Made by a program: the position numbers and the translations under genes. From Basidiobolus meristosporus CBS 931.73 (lineage: Eukaryota > Fungi > Basidiobolomycota): a stretch of 61,663 bases of DNA. Within the stretch, counting starts at the first letter, position 1, and every line of letters begins with the position of its first letter. Below, in pieces: positions 49,882 through 59,937 of this stretch. Under the pieces are notes generated by a model that was given only the letters and a program-made list of their open reading frames with translations, did not search any database and had not been told where the DNA came from. Location: assembly GCA_002104905.1 (NCBI GenBank), contig MCFE01000532.1, forward strand, positions 1 to 61,663. The letters are read 5' to 3'.

Positions 49882-52047
49882 CTAGTTCGATAAACGGCTA
49901 GCGGCACGGACGGCGTCCTCGAGGTCATAATGAAAGAATGGGTATCTTTGTTGCGACCATTCATCATTGGCTTTGTGTGAGATTTCGGTGCCTGTCTTGG
50001 CAATAAACTTCTCTTCGAGTTCTTCGGCTTTCTCAACTGCAATGGCGGATTCCAAATCATCACGGTTGGCTTCTGGTTGTTCGGTGGTTGTATGGGTGGC
50101 GTGAGCGACTGGTGATTGAGGGCCGTGGGATGGAGAAAGGAGGTCTTCATTACCAAATCCAGCGGCAACCAACTTGCGACGAATGGTTGGTGCATTGACG
50201 TTGGCGAAGTGCCACTCAACCTTTCTGTCTGCATAACGATCAATGGCTGAGCGAGCATCGAGCAATGCCTGAGCACCTGTAGTATCCACTTGATTGACTC
50301 CGGCAAGATCTACCACCAGAGCCCGACACACAGGGAAATTCTCGGAATGTTCCGAGACCTTGCCACTGGCATCATTCCAGGGCCTGTCACCGAATGACTT
50401 GGGAAGAGGTTTTCCCCGTTTGCTGTTATCTTTAACGTACTCCACAATGCGATCCGAAACGTATCCGGCATTTGGATAGGTGACGGATTCCTCCAGACGG
50501 AAAACCAAAACACCCTCAGGAGGGGAGAATACGGAACCAACGACGTTAGGGTTGTCGATGGGAACGTAGGCATAACGTTCAGTAGGCTTTCCATCAATGG
50601 TTTTTGACACCACAGACAAGCGGCCCAAGGCGTTGTAACGAGGACGTGCGATACGGAAGAGCAGAACAGCAAGTGACAAACCGACGGTGGTGTAGATACC
50701 ATCTTCGATGTTGGTGAAGAAGGTGACAATCACACCAATGGCAAAAATGAAGAATTCGATGAAGCTAACTCTCCAGAGCTCCTTGATGGCCTTCGGTCCA
50801 GAAATCAAGTCTCCAACAGCATGGATAATGACGGCCGCAAGAGTAGCATCAGGAATATAGTAGAAAGCCGGGGTCAGGGCATAGAGCGCCAGGAGGACGA
50901 TGATACCCGCATAAACACCGGCAATGGGAGTTCTAACTCCGGATTTAGCTTTGATGGCGGTACGAGAGAATGAACCAGTTGCAGGATAGGCGGAGAAGAA
51001 GGAGGCAATCATATTTGTGAAGCCAATGGCAATCACTTCCTGATTAGGATCAATCTTATAATCGTTGACTCGACCAAATGACTTGGCAATAGCAACATGT
51101 TCCATGATTAAAACTAGGGTTACAACCGGCAGTGATGAGGCAACTTGACTGATCAATTCGGAGTCCATTACGGGAACACGGACTTCACGGAAACCGGAGG
51201 GTACATTCTTAAGAATACTGATAGGGCTTGTGGTCTTGCCGATGTTGATCAAGAAAGAGATCAAGGTGGCGAAGATAATTAGGATGGCGTTACGAGAGAT
51301 TCCAAAGAAGAAAAGTGGACGTTCCAGTCTAGGGTATTTCTTGGAGAAATATCCCACCCCCCAGCGGATACCGTAGAGCCAGATAAGACCGGTAAAACCG
51401 AATACGGCATCGAGTTTAGTGCGGCCAAGGCCTCCTAAACTATTTCCAAGTACCAAGTAACTAGGGTCTCTAGTGTTGACTCCGGCAATACCTAGCAGCT
51501 TCGTAAGTTGCCCGATAGCAATGGAGATGGCAGAGCCGGTCATGTAGCCAGCAATAGCAGGATGGGGAATGAAATCAACGATAAATCCCAGTCTAAGTAA
51601 ACCAAGTGCAAAAGAGATACAGCCAGAGAGCAGACACAAGCATACAGCGATTTGGACGTTCGTATAGGTGGTGCCCTTGTCCAAAATTGTTCCGATGATT
51701 TGGGCTAGTAGTTGCGACATGACAGCAACAGGACCAATGGTGATGTCTTTAGAGGTGGCGAAGAAGCAGTACACAATCACACCAACAAAGGACGAATATA
51801 ATCCGTATTGGGGCGGAAGCGTTGCCAATTTCGAGTAAGCCATTCCTTGAGGAACTACAACTGCACCAACGGTAATACCAGCGATCAAGTCGCCAATAAA
51901 CCAAGTCATGTTGTAGTGGCCTATCCAATCTACAATTGGGAGAAGCGACCTAACATAGCCAGCAGCATAGGTAGGTGCCTGCTTGGTGTAATTTCTTACT
52001 TGGTCTTTGAAAGAGATTTGTGGGTCGTCAATGTAAACTGAAGACAT
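49882..52047 (-). CDS. SUL1: SulP/SLC26 sulfate permease with STAS domain, single exon (721 aa)
   Basis: GDLIAGITVGAVVVPQGMAY, GLYSSFVG, IGPVAVMS, GSFSRTAIKAKSGVRTP, STAS DLAGVNQVDTTGAQAL. Confidence 0.95.
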   Translation of the reverse strand: MSSVYIDDPQISFKDQVRNYTKQAPTYAAGYVRSLLPIVDWIGHYNMTWFIGDLIAGITVGAVVVPQGMAYSKLATLPPQYGLYSSFVGVIVYCFFATSKDITIGPVAVMSQLLAQIIGTILDKGTTYTNVQIAVCLCLLSGCISFALGLLRLGFIVDFIPHPAIAGYMTGSAISIAIGQLTKLLGIAGVNTRDPSYLVLGNSLGGLGRTKLDAVFGFTGLIWLYGIRWGVGYFSKKYPRLERPLFFFGISRNAILIIFATLISFLINIGKTTSPISILKNVPSGFREVRVPVMDSELISQVASSLPVVTLVLIMEHVAIAKSFGRVNDYKIDPNQEVIAIGFTNMIASFFSAYPATGSFSRTAIKAKSGVRTPIAGVYAGIIVLLALYALTPAFYYIPDATLAAVIIHAVGDLISGPKAIKELWRVSFIEFFIFAIGVIVTFFTNIEDGIYTTVGLSLAVLLFRIARPRYNALGRLSVVSKTIDGKPTERYAYVPIDNPNVVGSVFSPPEGVLVFRLEESVTYPNAGYVSDRIVEYVKDNSKRGKPLPKSFGDRPWNDASGKVSEHSENFPVCRALVVDLAGVNQVDTTGAQALLDARSAIDRYADRKVEWHFANVNAPTIRRKLVAAGFGNEDLLSPSHGPQSPVAHATHTTTEQPEANRDDLESAIAVEKAEELEEKFIAKTGTEISHKANDEWSQQRYPFFHYDLEDAVRAASRLSN

Positions 52048-52599
52048 GGCGTTCCGTCGATTTCAATAAAGAAGTATCAGTTAAGAAGATTAATTAAGTG
52101 CACACCCCAAAGGAAAGTCGATTGGATGGTGAATGAATAAGCGTGCCAGCCTTCTTTTATAGGAAAATTCGGATCTTTATGAATGCTAATCACAAGTGTG
52201 CTATTATAAAGTTGGTTTCTATTGCACAATCGGATTGCACCATTTAACCCAAGAATTGCTAGCGATTGATGATATTTTTGTATGTTTGACAGAGCTACTT
52301 TTACTAGTTCAGGGTGAGGATTCATGTAACAACCGTTTATTATCTTCTTGTGAGACTGAATATTCCGAATTAGGAATTCCACTGAATTGCAACATCTAAC
52401 ACCAGCACTGCGCAATTGGTGGGTCTGATCGATTAATGCACCTCATTTTCGTAATAGGTGACTCTAAAACTTTAAAGCGAAGACTATCTTGGATAACCGA
52501 TAGCGAATTCGCTGATAAGAAAGGTGCCCTCTGCACCAGGATAAACAGATACAAGCGCTTGATGGTCAGTGGTAGGAGGCATCTGGGTGGCCCTCCGGC

Positions 52600-55350
52600 A
52601 CTCCAAATACGAAATGCCGCCAGCTCTGACGCGGTTTTCGGCGTTTAGAGTTCGGAATCAAGCGCGCAAGCGGCCACGGTAATTCAACATCCAACCTGAT
52701 CTCTTGAAGTAATACAGGATATTCTTGTTCAGGAAATGCTGCAGATGATAGTACGCTCGCGTGATTCCGAAGTGTAATCTGCCGCTTTTGCGGAGAAGAA
52801 ACTTGCCATCACGGGGCAAAAGCGAATGTATCACTTGAACAGCGAAAGCCGATTCCATGCACAGCAAACACCAAAATTGCTCTCTGATGAAGATCTGATC
52901 CAGCCGTAATGATTGGCTAAAATTCAAGCCTAGCTTGGTTTAGAATGCCTTGGGGAATTAGAGTTTGGGTAGTGCTGAGGTGGATATAGATATCTCACAG
53001 CTAAATTGCTCAATGGCTCAATTTGGCATTTGCTCTTAACAAAGACAAAGATGATGTAACAGCAGCGTTGGTCTCCAGCGTCAGTGAGACAGGAGGGCAT
53101 CGAATCATAAGTGGAGGCTCCCAACCCATTAATCAAGCCATTGCAAAATCAAGCTTCCACCTGGCTGACCATTTCGTACAGACTTATGAAACACGAAACT
53201 GGCTTTTGTATGATGGCGATAAGACAGAGCTTATGTATAGAGTAGGAAGTGATGCAAGAATAATAATACCCTCCCGATAAGAGGTTATACCACTTGTTTG
53301 TTTGGAAAAAGGAGATTGATACTGATGAAGTATGGAGACAAGGGTTCATAGGATTACTATATTGGATTAGGGAATACTGGCTCAGCACACGAAATAGGGC
53401 CTGTGTCTAAGGTCTAAAGCGAAATGGTCCACTTCCTTAATTGGGGATATGTCACTGATCAATCATTCACTAAAACAGGTGTCGCTACATGATACGGTAT
53501 TTCTTTTAACCTACTTTGCTTTTAGCTATTCTCGGGAATTTGCTTAGTACAGGCGGTGGGCCATACGCCATCCATGGCAACCAGAAAAGCGACGCATGGT
53601 GCCCCAACCACCGTTGATGCCCATCTTCGCCATGCAACGCTAGAGCGCTCCCTAGCTGGGGCACTCCCAAACTCATTGTTTGGCCCGCAGTCGCTCATCG
53701 GACCGTAGTACAATTCTTTATATCGCGAGTAAACAATTCCCTGCACAGTTCCAGCCCTAGAGAGAGCACAAAGTTGTCAAGTGATATATGGCACAATAAA
53801 GCGTCATTTAATTTGACCATTTACAGGCCGAAGCCAAAGAGCTAATAACACAAGTTGCGTAGAGATTATTCAGCTCATCAAGGGGTCAAGTGCATACGAA
53901 CAGGTATTTCAACGCCCGTTTGTGGTAGAACAGGGCCTAAATGTCCCTCCTTGAGGACTCATCCATAGGAGGGGGTAGAGTAGACAGTAGAACTTGATTC
54001 CAGTGATTGCAGCGACATCTATCCTTACTGATATCGCAAAATATCCCCCACAATGCGTCTAATAACCAACTCGACTCATGATTAACAGAGAGTATCAGGA
54101 CCCGGTCTCTCGAGGGCCATGCAACCTCTCACATGTTCATTCTATTCATCTAGCAGATAAATGAAAGAGAAGAATCAAGAGTGGCGAGCCCCGCGAGCAG
54201 GGAATCATGGTGTGACCAGTAGAAAACTCGTTTACTCTCAGTTGAATGCTCCCATAGCTCATGAGATTAGAAGGTAATATCCAGTGGAAAGTTTGTACGA
54301 CCAGGCTAATCCTTGATAGGATTGCTTCATTGCTGATTGCCGTAGGAATCATCTTCACTCATGCCAAAGCACTCGTCTTGAATGCGATGTAACGGGCCAC
54401 AAAGAGCCTTTCTAACCTAGGTACATACCAGCATCAAATAGAAGCCCTGGGGAATTCGTGCTTCCGAATGAATGAATACTTGATCTTTTTGGCCCAATTA
54501 CCAGTCTTCCCTAAGCGAAAATCGATTATCTAACCAATTGTGGGGATCTCAATCTAATACGATTAGATGTAACATTTACCCACCACGGTATCTGGTCATA
54601 TGAAAAGGACGCCGGAGACGCCAAACAAATCTACGTGTCATCAGATTGCACCATCGTATCAGTGCTATTGCGTTGGCCCTTGGGGACCAATTTTTCATGG
54701 CTGATTCTTTCGTGGTGGGCGAGCGAAATTTCGACAAATGCTAAAATAGCGCAACTTTTCGGGTAGCTGTGCCAATTATCTACCTATCAACAGTATCTGA
54801 CACAGATGGCTTGTATATCTTGAATGCCCATCTAGCCTTTCAAATCTATTCTCCGCCAATCGTATCGAGTGTTTGGATTCACCCAAGACCCGATCAGATT
54901 ATTGCCAACATGGCAGACCACATATTAATCTTTGGCAAAGGGCTTGGGCCAAGTAAGCATGGTATATGATTGGAAACAGGGTGCATGCATGCTACACCAG
55001 ATACCCGCCCCAACTCAAAATACCCATCAATCTTATTTCACGGTCGTTCTACCGTGGTATTCTGGAATACTCTTCAGGTAACCGTTAGTGAGCTAATACA
55101 ATGACCAGAAGATGCGTAGAGTATTGCATATATATTTCCACTACACTGTCCCACTGCCATACACGGTGATTTTGGGCCTTACTGTGCCCCCTTACCAAGA
55201 ATATATAATCCTTACCAGTTGGATTATTTGCTTAGTGATATTTATTGTTGGGATTGTATGTCAATTCTGGATGGTAGACTACAAATCATCACGGTTACCA
55301 CATTACTCTGGGTATTGGGGATCAGAATCTCTGTAGCTTAACTGCTAATC
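52600..55350 (+). mobile_element. Probable degraded LINE relic (RT to C-terminal Cys-rich remnants)
   Basis: In LINE order: AKSSFHLADHFVQTYE (cf. KSSPG.DG.PYE), IPLVCLEKGD, HGNQKSDAWCP (cf. DQEKAYDRVHP), SFNLT, AYEQVF and a distal SRSFYRGIL...RRCVEYC segment. Confidence 0.4.
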
Positions 55351-55374
55351 CACTTCATCTCTAAGCCAATATAG

Positions 55375-56260
55375 GAAAGTTGAACAAACAAACATCATGC
55401 TATGGTTAATGTTAAAGACAAATTGCTAACTCACTACTCAAGAGTAAAAGCATTAAGGAATGCCCAGAAGACATTAGAAGACACCTACTAGTCATGTTGA
55501 GCTGTTATGAAAATGTATCTTAGACAAGAATTCTTTACTACAAAGATGCTGCCAGAAGAAATGAAAAATTCAATTAACATAATTACCCTGCTGGTGGATG
55601 AGATGGAATCTGTGGGCATACCATCTACTGATGAGGATGTGATAGTTACCATCCTGAATAGCCTGATAGACAAGTTTCAAGGCTTTGTATCAGCCCTAGA
55701 GTCTAAGACTGAATATTTGACCTTGAATTACATATATGGAAAGTGTTGTATGAGTCTTGAAGATATTGGAAGTGATTGGGAGGACAAGTAGATTATGTGA
55801 TTTTCACTTAATGATTTATTGAATGTAAAAGTAGTATTTATACTTTTACATGGTCTTGGCATACAAAACACGTAGAATAGATTAAGAAAGGCCCCAAGAA
55901 CATGTTTGCAAAGTCTGGGGCTGTTTGGACAACTTTGAGAATTTTCATGCTCTGGGTACCTGGTATTTTGGTGAAAATATTCTAAGTAAATCCTGACAAG
56001 GAATTTGGTCAGTATTCTCTAGGATTTGAAGGTAATGATCTAAGTGACTAAGTTAGGTGAATATTTAGGTGGAACTACAAATTTATACAACAGAAAGCTC
56101 CTGAATGAAGAATTAAGAGAATCAAGTGCCAACAAGTAGGAAGAAGAAAATTCTTTAATAAGCAATGCTAACCCTACAAAGGAGGTATCCAAGACCTTTT
56201 AAAGGCAATAGCAACCTGTTTTGCAACTACTGCAAAAGGAAAGGTCACACATCAGACTTT
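55375..56260 (+). pseudogene. Decayed gag fragment of the same Copia family, split by a solo LTR
   Basis: Matches 27630-28165 (EEMKNSINIITLLVDEMESVG...CNYCKRKGHTSD) and resumes exactly after the solo LTR at 56093. Confidence 0.9.
55744..56092 (-). mobile_element. Solo LTR (349 bp) of the Copia family with TSD
   Basis: TG...CA termini; 5-bp TSD GAAAG at 55739-55743 and 56093-56097; closely similar to the reverse complement of 31408-31757. Confidence 0.96.
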
Positions 56261-56449
56261 TCCCTGCTTGAAAATACTTCTACTACTCTGTCATTCAACA
56301 ACATTCCCAACTTCCAATATTTATCTTTTGATGTTAACTCCAGAACTCTCTCTTCTCATGAAACCCTTAGCCTAAAAACCTTCTCCTCCAGTGTAACTCC
56401 CAATTTAAAAAATATCTCCCCAGATGAAACTACAAATATATCTCCCTAC

Positions 56450-57315
56450 AATTCTTCTATATCTAGCCCTTTCCCATCCCTCATCCCTAACACAGAAAAT
56501 CACTCTCCCAGAAGGAATGAAAGTTATACTAACCAAATTCCTTTATGTCTTTTACCTGGAATACTTTTGCCAAAATATCAGGTACCTAGAACATGCAATT
56601 CCTCAGAGCCGTACAAACAGCCCCAAAGCTTGTATACATGCTCTTAGAATTTCCTTAACATACTCTACATGTTTGGCTTGCAAAGGCCACGTAAAAATAT
56701 AAATACTACTTTTACATTGAATAAATTATCAAGTGAAAACCATATTACTGAGCTGTATGCCCAATCACTTCCTGTATCTCCAACTCTCTTGTAACATGCT
56801 ATGAGCCCAGAGCTGTCACTCTCTGAGGTATCTACTACTGCTATTGCGGGAATTCTTCTCTGCTGAAAAGTTGGATGGATATAACTATCAAGTCCTGAGG
56901 GTGAAGATAAAGATGCTGCTACTAGAAAGTGGCCCTTGGTGTGTTGTTATGGGATAAGATTGACCTCATAAAAGTGTAGGTGAAGATGCCTTAAAGTGTC
57001 AGAAGAAAGAACAGAGTGCCTTCAACTGCATTTGTCACAGTGTTATCAACAAATTACTAATCCAATGCTCAAGAGCAGAGACAGCAAAGAATGCCAGGAA
57101 GGCATTGGAAGACACCTATGAGTCATATTCAGCTGCCAAAAAATGTAACTTAGACAAAACTCATTACCACAAAGATGCTGCCAGGAGAAGAAATGAAAAA
57201 TATGATTAAAAAAGTCACTTTATTTGTTGATAAGATGAATGAAGTGGGTGTACCAATTACTGATTACAATTCAACAATTACTATCCTAAATAGCCTGACA
57301 GACACATTTTGGGGC
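56450..57315 (+). mobile_element. Second decayed Copia 5' end (diverged LTR ending 56796, PBS-like TGCTATGAGCCC, gag remnant), cut by the CACTA element; left edge approximate
   Basis: The LTR end ...ctctcttgtaaca is followed by a gag leader colinear with 27422-27945; homology stops abruptly at about 57315. Confidence 0.85.
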
Positions 57316-57814
57316 CCCTATGAAAAATTATTGAGATGATCCCGTCAAAAGGCCGTCACAAAGTTAATGTCCCATGACTGAGAGGTACTGATCTTGTCAG
57401 GACTCTGTCCAGAGACCATTGAAAAATAATTGCACCCAATATTTCACAAAAAACTTTGTCAAAATTTTTCATCACAACAATGTATAAGTGGCTTTTGATT
57501 GGTTCCCTGCCAATTTGCTCACTTTCTGATCCCGGACACTCTATTGCCTCCTACATTTGTTTGAATTGATTGGCTATTGCTTCTTTTTCACACTCCTTAC
57601 TTCCTGACTCAGCCGTTTCTCTTACTTTTCATGTGTACAAATTGATTTATTTCCGTTGAAACTTCAGTTGTACCTCAATTGCCAATTGTATTGACCTATG
57701 CAAGTCTCTATACCCTACACTAACATTAAGCCCAACCCCACACTCAACAAGTAACTCCATTAAAATCCACCACTCAATAAGTATTTCTGCTACAACACTC
57801 TGGTTCCACAACTT

Positions 57815-59714
57815 TCACGGGAACCCAACGGCTTTATGCCACTGTTCATTCACTGGTTCCCATATGTTCTGGTCTTCAGCTGGCCCTGCAAGGTCTAGCT
57901 CCTCATCTGCCAGTCTTTGCAATAAATCCTTGCAGTATTCCAGTGCATTTTCTTGAGCACTGCTCTTGAAGAAGTGCTGCAACCTCTTGGTGTGCCTATT
58001 AATGTTCCAAAACTCCACTGAAGGCATTGTGATAGTCTTTTGAGCTCTTGATGTTGTAGCCTTATCTGTCAGTGGGATCTCCTCTCTGTCAACAACGGAG
58101 GCTGTGGAGGCTGTGGTAGACAAATTGCCTTTTTCAGCAAACTCATCTACCGTGCTGGAGTGTAGCTCAACTGGCTGCACTTCCAACTCTGGTGAAAACA
58201 GCTGTTTTCTTGTTGGTAATTCTTCTTGGCTATGATGGGATTCAGTCTGTTCCTGGCTTGCGGCATTAATTGGCAAGAACTGCAGTTTTTTTTGCATGCC
58301 TCCCTGTCCCAGGGTTGGGTAGACATTTTTCCCTTTACCTTTTCCTTTATCACTGCCAGGTCTTTCACTGCTACTTTGGCTGAGTGCTTCTTGTAAAGAA
58401 CTATGTTTTCTCCTGGATAAATTCTGCTCTGACGCATCTGTTTGGCCTGCTTGTCCCTTGCTGGCACTCTTCTGGCAACCTGACATTTCTTTTCAGCTTG
58501 TTTTGAGCTCTCAACCGTAGTTGTGACAGGCTCCTGTAAAAGCGGCTGGTTTTTATCACTGCCAGGACCTTCACTGCTACTTTGACTGGGTGCTTCTTGA
58601 GTGGTACTACGCTTTTTCCTTGATAAATGTTGTGCTGGTGCATCCATGTCTGCCTGCTTGTCCTTAATTAGCACTCTTGCAGCTGCCTGACATCTCTTTG
58701 ACGCTTGTCTGGAGCTTTTGGCCCACTTGTAATGGGCTCTTGAGGAAGCTGCTGGTTTTTAGCCATGGCACCCTTGTTCTTCTGACTTTGATAGTTTCTG
58801 CTATTCTTAAGATACTTTCTTAGCATACCAATACTGGCCCAAAATCCATTTGCCCATTTGAATCCAGGATAATGCTCATGGAACAAGTCAAGTGCATTCT
58901 GCTTGGCCTTGAGTTCCTGATGGTCCCATGGTATGCCAGCCTTAAGGTGATGGCATGCTAGACTTCTGATGGCCTCTTGTATATTAGCCCACTCTTCATT
59001 ATTGCACTCAATGACTTCTCAGATCTTCAATGTCTTTTGATTTTTAGGTTTTGGTATAAACACCACATTGTCTCCCTCCCATGCTGTGATAGGTTTTTCT
59101 GTGGGCTTTATCTTTGGGCACTGTTGTTGTGCTTCAAAGACTGTACGGTGTTCCTCTGCTGTTACATCAGGAAATGGCTCAATTCTTGGCTGTGACATTG
59201 AGCTACTTGAGTTCCTTCTTTGCAGCAAAGATACTGCTTTCTCTACCTGGGATATTGATTGCTCTACATGTATTATCCGCTCATCCTGTTTCTGGACTAC
59301 TTCCTGATTTCTCTGGGCCATTGCATCTATCCTATCAGCCACTGCACCTAATTGCTTCATTAATGCTTTGGTATGAGCTGACAACATACTTGCTAATATG
59401 GGTGGTGGTGATGTTATCATGGCCACTTGCTGATCCTCAACAGAGGGTACTGCATTTGCTACATTCTCATCTGCCGGAGCATAACAGTCAGCTTGTGGCT
59501 CCGCAGAGGTTCTCAATTGCCTACTTGACTAAGAACCTGAGGAGTCCGCATTATTACCTTCAATGGGCACACTGTCCACAGGGCCTTTTTTGGATGTAGC
59601 CCCACTTGTTGCACTGAATGTCAAAGCAAGCTGTTGTCCAACAGTTCTTCTGTTGCCGTCAGCGGTGGGGTTTGGTTGAGAACCAGACAACTTTGCTTTA
59701 TTTTTTGGCGGCAT
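57815..59714 (-). pseudogene. Accessory ORF of the CACTA element (coiled coil, small helical domain, repeated charged region), with stops and frameshifts
   Basis: ORFs 59529-59714, 59019-59516 and 58668-58886 are one frame broken by TAG and TGA: MPPKNK...KI*EVIECNNEEWANIQEAIRSLACHHLKAGIPWDHQ...FHEHYPGFKWANGFWASIGMLRKYLKNSR; frameshifted repeats follow. Confidence 0.7.
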
Positions 59715-59937
59715 ATATATGGAAGTGAGTCAAACCAAAGGGGAAACAGTGTTACATATACGTGTGTATGTGGTGCCACAACTTTATTTATAATGCTTAC
59801 TATGGCGGGTCATCATTGAATCTTACATTCATGTAGGTGCAATGTCTCAAATACAAGACTGTCTTAAGTTCACATGAGTATTGACCAAAAAGTGGTATAA
59901 TAGTGTTATGTTGTTGAAGGTCAAACTGTTTGCCCCT

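Noticed and set aside
49665-50729. Alternative-frame and antisense ORFs over real genes (e.g. 49665-50306, 50310-50729, also 16027-16443, 2560-2928)
   Set aside because: Shadow ORFs expected from codon bias of the overlapping gene; no independent domain features.
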